Below, piece by piece: positions 52,487 through 61,396 of a DNA stretch of 64,000 nucleotides. Position 1 is the stretch's first letter, and every line of letters begins with the position of its first letter. A model generated the notes under the pieces. The model was not told the origin of the DNA, ran no database searches, and was given only the letters and a program-made list of their open reading frames with translations. Source of the DNA: Pseudomonadota bacterium (lineage in GTDB: Bacteria > Pseudomonadota > Alphaproteobacteria > Rickettsiales > SXRF01). Made by a program: the position numbers and the translations under genes. The DNA is taken from contig JBBTBX010000001.1 of assembly GCA_038043465.1 (NCBI GenBank), positions 30,686 to 94,685 on the forward strand, written 5' to 3'.

Positions 52487-53236
52487 CTATTTCAGATAAT
52501 ATAATATGCGGCAGGATATGGTGTCGCTATTGTTATAAACTCCGGCAGTGGAGCAGCTGTTCGCAATTATTGCCCCGCCGCTTTTTGCTGCGGTATCAAG
52601 CCCACGAAATTTTCCACTGGTAGGCACGCCATCATCTATTTTTTCATCTATTTGTCTTGTTCCAGTTGGGCTTATTGCTGGCGCAGCAAGGCTTCCGGAG
52701 GTGGCTAAATCAGAAAAGTTCAATGTATTGGCTTTTCTTGCCGTAACCTGATTATATAAATCGTCGTTATAGAAATAGCCGCATCTATCGTTGATGCCGT
52801 TAAATATTACAACACTATTCCAGCAAGGACTGACAATGGAAGCAGGAAGAAGTCCGGAAAGAGCGAGGGTTTTTATCGCCATAACGTTTTCGCATTGCCA
52901 CCATGCAGCTCCGCCATAGTCTATAATGCCATTGCCGTTACCGTTGCCGACACCATTGGTCATGGCGTTGCATGTGGTATAATTTGCGTAATCACCAAAA
53001 ATCTCGGTGGCATTCGGGCAGTCGCCAATGATACAGTTATATTTTGTGCGAAAGGTAAGAGCTGCTGTTTCAATCTGGGTAATCAGGGAAACTGCCGACC
53101 TGGTTTCTGCCGCTTTTATTAAATCGCGCCCGACCAGCACACCGCCGACCACCAGCCCGATAATAACCAGTACCAGGGAAAGTTCGATCAGGGTGAAGCC
53201 CGCGCGATTTTTATATGCTGTTGCAGTTTGGTTCAT
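52487..53236 (-). CDS. Prepilin-type N-terminal methylation-domain protein, paralogue 2
   Basis: KNRAGFTLIELSLVLVIIGLVVGGVLVG; FRTKYNCIIGDCPNAT; NGVGNGNGNGI. Confidence 0.75.
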   Translation of the reverse strand: MNQTATAYKNRAGFTLIELSLVLVIIGLVVGGVLVGRDLIKAAETRSAVSLITQIETAALTFRTKYNCIIGDCPNATEIFGDYANYTTCNAMTNGVGNGNGNGIIDYGGAAWWQCENVMAIKTLALSGLLPASIVSPCWNSVVIFNGINDRCGYFYNDDLYNQVTARKANTLNFSDLATSGSLAAPAISPTGTRQIDEKIDDGVPTSGKFRGLDTAAKSGGAIIANSCSTAGVYNNSDTISCRILYYLK

Positions 53237-53278
53237 TCTTGTTGTAATACTACAAAAATAATTTTTGAGGAATAATAA

Positions 53279-54007
53279 ATGTTTTCAGGTAAAATGAATA
53301 ATAATGAAAAGATCCCTCGGCAAGCTCGGGATGACATAAAATTACCCAAGCCGAGGGCGGTTATTTTTGACTGGGATAATACGCTGGTTAATACCTGGCC
53401 GATTATCCATGACGCGCTGAACAAGACATTCGCGGAATATGGCTTGGATTTGTGGGAATTTGAGCAGACTAAGGCGCGGGTGCGTAAATCGATGCGCGAC
53501 TCATTTCCGGAAATCTTCGGCGAAAACTGGCAGGCAGCGGGCGCAGCTTATCAGGCGCATTACCGTGCCAGCCATTTGAACAGGCTCGAGGCGTTGCCAC
53601 AGGCGCGTGAGGTTTTGGATATGGTTAGGAAGCTGGGGCTTTACAGCGTGGTGGTGAGTAATAAAAAAGGCGAGAATCTGCGCAAGGAAGCGGAGCATAT
53701 CGGCTGGACTAATTTATTTGATAATATCACAGGCGCGGATGACGCAGCGCGGGACAAACCCTTTGCTGATCCTGTGCTGCTGGCTCTGGCGGGAAGCGGT
53801 TTTGCGCCTGCACCTGATGTGTGGTTCATTGGTGATAGCGAAATTGACCTCGAATGCGCGAAAAATACTGGCTGCACCGCGATTTTATATGGCGATGATG
53901 CCACCGCGCATCCAGACTATAACGCAACCCATTATCAGGGATTTCCATATCATGCACATGTGGTAACGCATGGGGAGATGTTGGAGTTGTTGGGGAAAAG
54001 GGATTAG
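53279..54007 (+). CDS. HAD-superfamily hydrolase (phosphoglycolate-phosphatase-like)
   Basis: Motif I FDWDNTL, SNK, and motif IV GDSEIDLECA. The predicted N-terminal 20 codons run through a palindromic element. Confidence 0.8.
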   Translation: MFSGKMNNNEKIPRQARDDIKLPKPRAVIFDWDNTLVNTWPIIHDALNKTFAEYGLDLWEFEQTKARVRKSMRDSFPEIFGENWQAAGAAYQAHYRASHLNRLEALPQAREVLDMVRKLGLYSVVVSNKKGENLRKEAEHIGWTNLFDNITGADDAARDKPFADPVLLALAGSGFAPAPDVWFIGDSEIDLECAKNTGCTAILYGDDATAHPDYNATHYQGFPYHAHVVTHGEMLELLGKRD

Positions 54008-54097
54008 GCATTGGGGATTAGGCATTAGGGAAGGAGAAACTACATTATGCTAAATATTCAGGAGAGTAGGGAGGCTTTCTTGTGAGTTTTATTCTTG

Positions 54098-55498
54098 TTA
54101 TTTTCGACCATTTTCTTGGGTAGATTGTTGTGGAGAAGGTGTGCTAGGTGCGGGAATATTATCAGGTATTCTTTCAACGCAGCCATATTTAAGCATATGT
54201 ATATCAAAATTATAACGCATGATTTCGGCGCGAAACTGCAAGTGCGCAGCCAACCGTGGCGCGTTTAAGTTTTGACTTTCCAGCATCAGCTTGTGTTGCT
54301 CACTAGGATCCAGCTCTTTTTTCAATTTATCTAGTATTTTCTTATAATCATCTGGATTTTTTTGTAATTGCTTTGCTAAATCATTGTAATCATCAGCTGT
54401 TGTTAATCTTTTAATATCAGGGTGGCATTCACCATTAGGCAGGTAATAGTCTGCGCCGTTTTTGCTATTACCTTTTAAAATAGGAGATTTCTCATTTACA
54501 TCACGATTGTCAAAGGTAACAAAAGGAATTCCCAGCCGATCGTCTACATAACCTTTAGTTGTTTCGTAATCACTACTGCCAAAGTGCCCTCCCCCTCCAA
54601 GAATTATATATTTGCCACTGCGTGGCATTTCTTTGTGATCTTCAAGAATCCTTTCTGTCCATGTATAGTTAGTGCTTGCGGTCCTGTTGTTTCCAGCTCC
54701 ACCAGATTCAAAACCTCTGGCCGGGTCATCTTTATCAATATTTATAATGCGGATGCCATTTTCTTTGGCAGCTAAAAATAGGCGTAACTCATCGCCATAC
54801 CTGTCTATAGGCTCTTTAAACTTGTAAGAGCCAGGACCGCCCTTTTCATTTTCCTGCTTTATTACCTCTGGAGTTCTTTTCGCAAGCTCCTCTTTCAGAT
54901 CCTTTATTGACATATTACTTAATTTTGAGAAACCTGCGCTGTCAGCGTCAAAATAAATCGTGTCAACACCAGCCTTCTTTAAGTCGGTCATGTTATTTGA
55001 TACTAAGGGATAAGATGAACTGCTGTTATGGTAGTCACCAATAGCAATCCCAGGGTTTTTTGAAAGGAGGTCAACGAGTAATTCCTTCGGGGTGTTAGTG
55101 CTTGGAGCAATTGACGTATGCTTTGCTGGAGCGTCTTTTATATAATCCCTGCGGAAGATTTCATTTAAATCATCTGTATTATTTAATTCTTTCTTTGCGG
55201 AGGGATTTTCCTCATGCCATTTCTGAAGTTGTTTATTGGCTTTTTCCCTAATTTCATCAGCAGCCTCTTTCGGCATGACTCTTAGGTCATCATTTATTGG
55301 CTTCATGACCTTGTTGTATTCGTTCTCAGCACGGGTGAAGTCATCGGCGGTTATATGCTCGCCCTTTTTTGCTCGTTCTTTGATAGCGAGGTAGCTTTTC
55401 AGGAGCTTAATACGAGCGTCAGCAATATCATTTTCTATAGGATTGCCGACCACCCTTACTTCTGGAATCTCTAATATTTCTTCTGTTTCTTTAGCCAT
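54098..55498 (-). CDS. Hypothetical 466-aa protein, possibly ChaN/Tiki/erythromycin-esterase superfamily
   Basis: Clean long ORF. IAIGDYHN...LKKAGVDTIYFD and NRTASTNYTWTERI...KYIILGGGGHF resemble the paired GxxH motifs of that superfamily (recollection only). Confidence 0.6.
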   Translation of the reverse strand: MAKETEEILEIPEVRVVGNPIENDIADARIKLLKSYLAIKERAKKGEHITADDFTRAENEYNKVMKPINDDLRVMPKEAADEIREKANKQLQKWHEENPSAKKELNNTDDLNEIFRRDYIKDAPAKHTSIAPSTNTPKELLVDLLSKNPGIAIGDYHNSSSSYPLVSNNMTDLKKAGVDTIYFDADSAGFSKLSNMSIKDLKEELAKRTPEVIKQENEKGGPGSYKFKEPIDRYGDELRLFLAAKENGIRIINIDKDDPARGFESGGAGNNRTASTNYTWTERILEDHKEMPRSGKYIILGGGGHFGSSDYETTKGYVDDRLGIPFVTFDNRDVNEKSPILKGNSKNGADYYLPNGECHPDIKRLTTADDYNDLAKQLQKNPDDYKKILDKLKKELDPSEQHKLMLESQNLNAPRLAAHLQFRAEIMRYNFDIHMLKYGCVERIPDNIPAPSTPSPQQSTQENGRK

Positions 55499-55622
55499 TT
55501 AATTTGCCAAATATAATTGCAATTCTAAGAAGCCATAATACACCATAATGCACTTATTTTTTGTTACAATTTAATGAAATTTAATATTTTGGGGGAATAT
55601 GTAGTAAATATAAAGGGTTAGT

Positions 55623-55652
55623 TAGACCCCGCAACAAGTGCGGGGTGACAAG
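55623..55652. repeat. GACCCCGCA hairpin half element
   Basis: tagaccccgcaacaagtgcggggtgacaag; near-identical to 20328-20357. Confidence 0.85.
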
Positions 55653-55669
55653 ATTCAATAGGGATTATT

Positions 55670-57199
55670 TTACACCGTTTCCCGTTGCTTTCCCAGTTGC
55701 ATCTGGCGGTAGGAGAGGGCTTCGCTGATATGAGGGTGGGTCACGGTTTCGCTTTGCTCAAGGTCAGCGATGGTGCGGGCGACGCGTAGAACCCTTGTAT
55801 AGCCACGCATGGAAAGTTGCAGTTTCTCGGTGGCGTTTTCCAGAAGTTTGCGGCCTTTATCATCGGGAACTACAAAATTATGCAGGGCTTCGCCTTGTAG
55901 TTCCGCGTTGGTGCGCTCGCGCATTTTGAGCAGAGAAAAACGCAGTTTTTGTAGTTCGCGGGCTTTTGCGACGCGCTCTGCCACTGTCGTGCTTGCCTCA
56001 CCTTTATCACTTGTAAGCATGTCCAGTGTTGCGACTTCAGGAACGTCAATCGCCATGTCGAAACGGTCAAAAAGTGGCCCAGAAATTTTCCCTTGATATT
56101 CACCAGCGCAACGCGGGGCTTTGTTGCAGGCGCGGTTGGCATCGCTTAGATATCCGCAGCGGCAGGGATTCATCGCGGCTATTAATTGGAAGCGGGCAGG
56201 GTAGGTTACATGCGCGGCTGCGCGGGCGACGGAGACAGTTCCGGTTTCCAGTGGCTGGCGCAGCGATTCTAAAACCGCACGCGGAAATTCGGGAAGTTCA
56301 TCGAGGAATAATACGCCATTATGCGCCAATGAAATTTCGCCGGGCAGGGCGCGTTTGCCACCGCCAACCATTGCTGCCATTGATGCGCCGTGATGTGGGT
56401 CGCGGAAGGGACGCTCAGCTGATAATTTCCCGCCTTCGAGTTTTCCAGCGATGCTGTTTATGATGCTGACTTCGAGGATTTCATGTACGTCAAGTGGAGG
56501 AAGGATGGTGGGCAGGCAGGAGGCGAGCATAGATTTTCCGGCACCGGGTGGCCCGAGCATGAGCAGATTATGACCTCCGGCAGCAGCGACTTCTATGGCG
56601 CGCCTTGCGCTTTGCTGTCCGCGTATCTCGCGCATATCACGACCGCGCGGTTGCAGGATTTCGGTTCCGCGTTCCGGTTGTTGTAATATCTGCGTTCCTT
56701 TGAAATGATTGAGCAGGGCAGGCAGTGATGGGGCAGCGATAATGTCGCCAAGTCCTGACCAGGCTGCTTCTGAACCGCAGATTTTGGGGCAGATTAAACC
56801 GTTGCCCTGTGCCAGTGCCAGCATAGCAGCGGGCAGCGCGCCGGAAATGCCAAGCAGTCCACCATCTAATGATAATTCGCCAAGGGCTGTATAATTGGAA
56901 ACATCTTCTTCCTCGAGAACGCCCATGCTGATGAGGACGGCAAGAGCAATCGGCAGATCGTAATGGCTGCCTTCCTTCAAAATATCGGCGGGGGCGAGGT
57001 TGACGATGATGCGTTTTAGCGGTAGAGACAGGCCGAGCGCGTGGATGGCGGAGCGCACACGCTCACGTGATTCGGCAACGGCTTTGTCGGGCAGTCCAAC
57101 CACGGTGAAGACGGGCATTCCCGCCAGTATCTGCACCTGAACATCAATAGCTTTGGCTTCGATTCCGTCAAACGCTACTGTTGCTACGTGGGCTACCAT
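55670..57199 (-). CDS. YifB/ComM family Mg-chelatase-like AAA+ ATPase
   Basis: Lon-protease-like N-domain, Walker A GPPGAGKS, and GVLFLDELPEF. Confidence 0.9.
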   Translation of the reverse strand: MVAHVATVAFDGIEAKAIDVQVQILAGMPVFTVVGLPDKAVAESRERVRSAIHALGLSLPLKRIIVNLAPADILKEGSHYDLPIALAVLISMGVLEEEDVSNYTALGELSLDGGLLGISGALPAAMLALAQGNGLICPKICGSEAAWSGLGDIIAAPSLPALLNHFKGTQILQQPERGTEILQPRGRDMREIRGQQSARRAIEVAAAGGHNLLMLGPPGAGKSMLASCLPTILPPLDVHEILEVSIINSIAGKLEGGKLSAERPFRDPHHGASMAAMVGGGKRALPGEISLAHNGVLFLDELPEFPRAVLESLRQPLETGTVSVARAAAHVTYPARFQLIAAMNPCRCGYLSDANRACNKAPRCAGEYQGKISGPLFDRFDMAIDVPEVATLDMLTSDKGEASTTVAERVAKARELQKLRFSLLKMRERTNAELQGEALHNFVVPDDKGRKLLENATEKLQLSMRGYTRVLRVARTIADLEQSETVTHPHISEALSYRQMQLGKQRETV

Positions 57200-57203
57200 T
57201 GGT

Positions 57204-57309
57204 TATACTCTTCTCATTTCAAGAATTGGCGTTGTTAACCTTCGACTCGTGTAGTTTTTCTACACTTTGTCTCGGTTGTCTAGCCAATTCTTAAACTGCT
57301 TTGAGTATA
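57204..57309. repeat. 106-bp MITE-like palindromic element, copy B
   Basis: Differs from copy A (14140-14245) at only a few positions. Begins 5 nt upstream of the yifB start codon. Confidence 0.9.
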
Positions 57310-57410
57310 GTTCCTTATAATAAATCGTGGTAGACGTGGTAAAGGTGATAGTCGTGGTAAAGAATTATTATTACCACGTTTATCACGAATGCCACGCTTG
57401 CCACGAAAAA

Positions 57411-57977
57411 TTAACATCCCGCTCTCGCCAGCAAACGCATGGTTTCATAAAGTGGCAAGCCAACGACATTGGAATAGGAGCCGGAAATCCACGGGATGAA
57501 GGACTCAGCATAGCCCTGTATGCCATAGCCGCCGGCTTTGCCTTCCCATTCTTTGCTTGTGATATAATCAGCGATTTGTTTGTCGCTTAGGCGGTTCATT
57601 TTGAGCTGGGTGAGAGCGATGTCTTCATATTCCCTGCCATTTTTTATGATGCATATGGCAGTGTAAACACGGTGTCTGCGTCCGGATAAATGGCGAAGAC
57701 ACATCACCGCTGTTTTTGCATCTTCGGCTTTGGGGAAAATTCTTCTGCCACAGGCGACCACCGTATCGGCTGCTAGTATTAAATTTTGTGGATATTTTGC
57801 GGCAACGATGAGTGCTTTTTCCCGCGCCAATCTTGCTGCGTATTTTGCGGGTAATTCAGCTTTATGAGGAGTTTCGTCAATATCTGCTGCGACAACCTGC
57901 TGCGGCACTATTCCCACTTGCTTTAACAATTCCAAGCGGCGCGGTGAGGCTGAGGCGAGTATCAAATTATTTTTCAC
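57411..57977 (-). CDS. maf: Maf-family nucleoside triphosphate pyrophosphatase
   Basis: [16 protein letters not shown] and [10 protein letters not shown] motifs. Confidence 0.9.
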   Translation of the reverse strand: MKNNLILASASPRRLELLKQVGIVPQQVVAADIDETPHKAELPAKYAARLAREKALIVAAKYPQNLILAADTVVACGRRIFPKAEDAKTAVMCLRHLSGRRHRVYTAICIIKNGREYEDIALTQLKMNRLSDKQIADYITSKEWEGKAGGYGIQGYAESFIPWISGSYSNVVGLPLYETMRLLARAGC

Positions 57978-58185
57978 GGAATTTGATGCGTCCCTTGGTG
58001 AGGTCGTAAGGAGTCATCTCAACTATAACCTTATCGCCAGCGAGGACGCGGATGCGGTTTTTACGCATTTTGCCGGAAGTGTGGGCAATCACGATATGCC
58101 CGTTTTCCAGAGTCACGCGGAAGGTTGCATTGGGCAGCAACTCGGTGACATGTCCGGGGAATTCAAGTAGTTCTTCTTTAGCCAT
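57967..58185 (-). CDS. infA: Translation initiation factor IF-1
   Basis: [69 protein letters not shown]. Confidence 0.95.
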   Translation of the reverse strand: MAKEELLEFPGHVTELLPNATFRVTLENGHIVIAHTSGKMRKNRIRVLAGDKVIVEMTPYDLTKGRIKFREK

Positions 58186-58196
58186 AAAATCCTTAA

Positions 58197-58294
58197 TAGT
58201 GAATGGTGGAGAGTGGTTGGTGGATTGTATATTATATCTACACACAAATTACAAACTGCAAATTACTAGTCACTAACCACTCTCCACTATTCAC
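58197..58294. repeat. Heptad word hairpin (24-bp imperfect stem, ~50-nt loop) between UPF0262 gene and infA
   Basis: tagtgaa tggtgga gagtggt tggtgga ... cactaaccactctccactattcac. Confidence 0.8.
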
Positions 58295-58758
58295 TTTATA
58301 TGCAATACGCAAATAAGAGTAAATAGCCGTCTAGCTGTCGGAAAATCAACGACAATCCGGTCTTTTAGTATTTCCTGCAGCATTTCCGAACCTTCGTTAT
58401 GCACGCCACGCCTGCCCATATCAATCGCTTCGATTTTGCTGGGGTTGGCTGAGGATATAGCCGCCTGATAGCTCTCGAAAATCATGAAATAATCACGGAT
58501 AATACCGCGCAAAGGGGCGACAGAAAGCACAACCTTGGAATATTTTTCTTCCTGTGGCGAATGCACGCCCATGATAAGCTTGCCGTCCTCAATGCCTAGC
58601 TCGACGTTGTATGGCCCGCTTTTCATGCAGCGTGGCTCGAAACAATTTTCATGCAGCAGATCGGCAATGGCTACGTCGCGCTCATGCTCCGCTTCCTTGG
58701 AGCGTTTTTTCATGCTGCTTTCATCAAGCATTATGTTGGCTATTCTTTCGGGCTTCAT
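58291..58758 (-). CDS. UPF0262 family protein
   Basis: EAEHERDVAIADLLHENCFEP and the position between hisD and infA, as I recall for alphaproteobacteria. Confidence 0.75.
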   Translation of the reverse strand: MKPERIANIMLDESSMKKRSKEAEHERDVAIADLLHENCFEPRCMKSGPYNVELGIEDGKLIMGVHSPQEEKYSKVVLSVAPLRGIIRDYFMIFESYQAAISSANPSKIEAIDMGRRGVHNEGSEMLQEILKDRIVVDFPTARRLFTLICVLHIK

Positions 58759-60041
58759 GAGCGAATCGCAAGGGAAAGTCTATGTGCTTCCAGACCTTCG
58801 CTTTCTGCCAAAGTTTGTGCATAATGGCTGATTTCAGCAAGTGATTTTTCGCTGCAGCCAATAATTGAAGTGCGTTTTAAAAAGTCGAAAACGGAAAGAC
58901 CGGAGGAAAAACGGGCGGTGCGCGAAGTGGGCAGAACGTGTGAAGGCCCTGCTATGTAATCGCCAATAGCTTCCGGAGTGTGCCTGCCAAGGAATATCGC
59001 ACCGGCGTTATGCAGTAATGGTAGCATTGCTTCCGGATTCTCTACAGCCAATTCCAAATGTTCAGGCGCAATTTTATTGCTGATGTCGCAGGCTTCCTGC
59101 CAGTGTTTTACCATAATCACTGTGCCGTAATCATTCCATGATTTAGAAGCTATTGCACGACGGGGCAGATCAACTAAAATTTGTTCCACTTCCGAAATAA
59201 CTTTGTCGGCAAATTTTTCATCATTGGTAATTAAAATTGATTGTGCTGACGAATCATGCTCGGCTTGCGAGAGTAAATCGGCGGCTATCCACGCCGGATT
59301 GTTTTTATCGTCGGCGATGACCAGAATTTCGGAAGGCCCTGCGATCATATCAATTCCAACTTTTCCAAAAACCTGGCGTTTGGCTTCGGCAACATAAGCA
59401 TTGCCGGGGCCAACGATTTTATCAACCGCTCCTACGGTTTTAGTTCCGTAAGCCAGTGCAGCCACCGCTTGCGCTCCACCGATTTTGTATATTTCGTCAA
59501 TCCCTGCAACATGGGCTGCTGCAAGCACCGCTGGATTCAATTTTCCTTCCGGTGCCGGAACGACTGCTGCCAGCCTTTTTACGCCAGCGACTTTAGCGGG
59601 AACAGCATTCATCAGCACCGAGCTGGGATAGGAAGCAAGACCGCCGGGAACATAAAGACCAACTGAATCTATTGCTGTCCAGCGATGCCCAAGGCGGGTT
59701 CCGGTGTCATCAAGGTAATCAAGGTCAATCGGCATTTGCCTGATGCTGTAGTTGCGTATCCGCGCTGTTGCAACTTTCAGCGATTTCATCAATTCCGGTG
59801 AACAAAGTGCCAGAGCATTAGCGATTTCTTTTTCACCGACTTTTATGTTTTCGGCAGTTGCGGTGAACTTATCAAATTTCTGGGTGTAGGATAACAACGC
59901 TTCGTCACCTTTGGTTTTCACCTGGGCGATTATGTCGGAAACAGTGGCAGAAATTCCCGATTCCGATTCCCCGCGCAGGGCAAGGAAGGCAGAGAATTTC
60001 TCTGTGAAGTCTGCTGCTGATGTTGTAAGTTTTATTGGCAT
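58755..60041 (-). CDS. hisD: Histidinol dehydrogenase
   Basis: Full-length 428 aa; QAEHD, GPSHVLPT and GLEAH motifs. Confidence 0.95.
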   Translation of the reverse strand: MPIKLTTSAADFTEKFSAFLALRGESESGISATVSDIIAQVKTKGDEALLSYTQKFDKFTATAENIKVGEKEIANALALCSPELMKSLKVATARIRNYSIRQMPIDLDYLDDTGTRLGHRWTAIDSVGLYVPGGLASYPSSVLMNAVPAKVAGVKRLAAVVPAPEGKLNPAVLAAAHVAGIDEIYKIGGAQAVAALAYGTKTVGAVDKIVGPGNAYVAEAKRQVFGKVGIDMIAGPSEILVIADDKNNPAWIAADLLSQAEHDSSAQSILITNDEKFADKVISEVEQILVDLPRRAIASKSWNDYGTVIMVKHWQEACDISNKIAPEHLELAVENPEAMLPLLHNAGAIFLGRHTPEAIGDYIAGPSHVLPTSRTARFSSGLSVFDFLKRTSIIGCSEKSLAEISHYAQTLAESEGLEAHRLSLAIRS

Positions 60042-60060
60042 AACACCTCATAGTATTTCG

Positions 60061-60708
60061 TCATACAGCTTCGCGGAAGCGGTTTATAAGTTCGTTTATC
60101 TCGCTGTTGCGGGTTTTAAAAGCAGCGCGGTTTATTACCAGACGCGATGATATTTTCATTATAGTTTCGACTTCGCGCAGTCCGTTTTCCTTCAGGGTTT
60201 TTCCGGAGCTGACAAGGTCGACAATATAAGGCGCGAGCTCCAGTTTCGGGGCGAGTTCCATTGCGCCGCTAAGCTTTATACACTCCGCCTGAATGCCTTT
60301 TGCCGCGAAATAACGGCTGGTGATGTTCGGGTATTTGGTTGCCACGCGGATATGGCTTATGCGCTCCAGATTGTTATTTTTTGCTGCGGTTGATTCGGCA
60401 ATGGACAGGCGGCAATGCCCGATGTTCAAATCAAGCGGTGTGTACAAGTCGGAATAATCAAATTCGCTGAGTACATCGCTGCCGGCGATGCCAAGCTGCG
60501 CTGCACCGAACGCCACAAATGTCGGCACGTCAAAACTCCGCACGCGGATGATAGAAATATTCGAGTCTTTGCAGGCGAATTGCAGTTGCCGGCTGCTGTC
60601 ATCAAAAAAAGACTGTTCAGGAAAGATACCGGCTTTCTCCAAAATAGGAGTTGCTTCTTCCTGAATCCTGCCCTTGGCAATGGCTATGATGATTGAACTT
60701 GAACTCAT
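60061..60708 (-). CDS. hisG: ATP phosphoribosyltransferase (short form)
   Basis: [25 protein letters not shown]. The N-terminus appears rebuilt by cassette insertion (see findings). Confidence 0.9.
   Translation of the reverse strand: MSSSSIIIAIAKGRIQEEATPILEKAGIFPEQSFFDDSSRQLQFACKDSNISIIRVRSFDVPTFVAFGAAQLGIAGSDVLSEFDYSDLYTPLDLNIGHCRLSIAESTAAKNNNLERISHIRVATKYPNITSRYFAAKGIQAECIKLSGAMELAPKLELAPYIVDLVSSGKTLKENGLREVETIMKISSRLVINRAAFKTRNSEINELINRFREAV
60666..60695. repeat. 30-bp direct repeat, copy 1 (within hisG codons 5-14)
   Basis: tcctgcccttggcaatggctatgatgattg; 29/30 identical to 61354-61383. Confidence 0.9.
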
Positions 60709-60732
60709 ATTTATAACGCTTTCATAACATTT

Positions 60733-61023
60733 TTATTTAGGTCTATTTTCACGGCTATGCCAAACTCTAATGATAAATACCACAGTTGGGGAAGTCTGTA
60801 CATAACGGACAACATATGCCTGACGACCAAAAGGGATATAGAACTCACGCCAAGAGGGCATAGCGGAAATTTGCACGCCTATATTGGGAAAATCAGCAAT
60901 TTTTGTTATATTTTCCTTTATACTTTTAAGAGCCATCAAAGCAGCTTCGGGATTTTCGTTTTTCAGAAAATCATGAAGGCGCAACAAATCAGAGTGGGCA
61001 GCAGGCGACCAGAGAATTTTCAT
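60733..61023 (-). CDS. ParE/RelE-family toxin
   Basis: 96 aa; MKILWSPAAHSDLLRLHDFL...FPNIG...REFYIPFGRQAYVVRY......VVFIIRVWHSRE. Confidence 0.8.
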   Translation of the reverse strand: MKILWSPAAHSDLLRLHDFLKNENPEAALMALKSIKENITKIADFPNIGVQISAMPSWREFYIPFGRQAYVVRYVQTSPTVVFIIRVWHSRENRPK

Positions 61024-61298
61024 TTTGGAGATAAAGAAACCTGCTTATTAAGCGTGGCTATTTCACTATTTATCCATTTCATAGCTTCTTCGTTAGCTAC
61101 AGCATTCCCTGTTTCCAGATATTCCTGCAATCTTCGCTTATCTTCATCAAATTCATGCCTGAAGACATCGTCACGACGCAAAAAATCTTCAAGCGCAAGG
61201 AGCATCAAGCCATTTTCATCAGTACCATAATGCACTACCGCTTCATTAATTCTGGCGGAGAGAGCAGAATCCATAGTTATATTAAATTGATTAATCAT
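61020..61298 (-). CDS. Cognate antitoxin (family uncertain)
   Basis: 92 aa; 4-nt overlap with the toxin gene. Small acidic protein with a putative N-terminal DNA-binding part. Confidence 0.6.
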   Translation of the reverse strand: MINQFNITMDSALSARINEAVVHYGTDENGLMLLALEDFLRRDDVFRHEFDEDKRRLQEYLETGNAVANEEAMKWINSEIATLNKQVSLSPK

Positions 61299-61353
61299 AG
61301 CCTTAGTATATAAGAAAAGACTTTATTATGCAAATAGTTATATTCACATTGTT

Positions 61354-61390
61354 TCCTGCCTTTGGCAATGGCTATGATGATTGGTTGCAT
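61354..61390 (-). pseudogene. Relic hisG start (ATG at 61390, [12 protein letters not shown]...) containing 30-bp direct repeat copy 2
   Basis: The minus strand reads ATGCAACCAATCATCATAGCCATTGCCAAAGGCAGG, then diverges. It lies 6 nt after the HD-gene stop. Confidence 0.7.
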
Positions 61391-61396
61391 TGTTTG

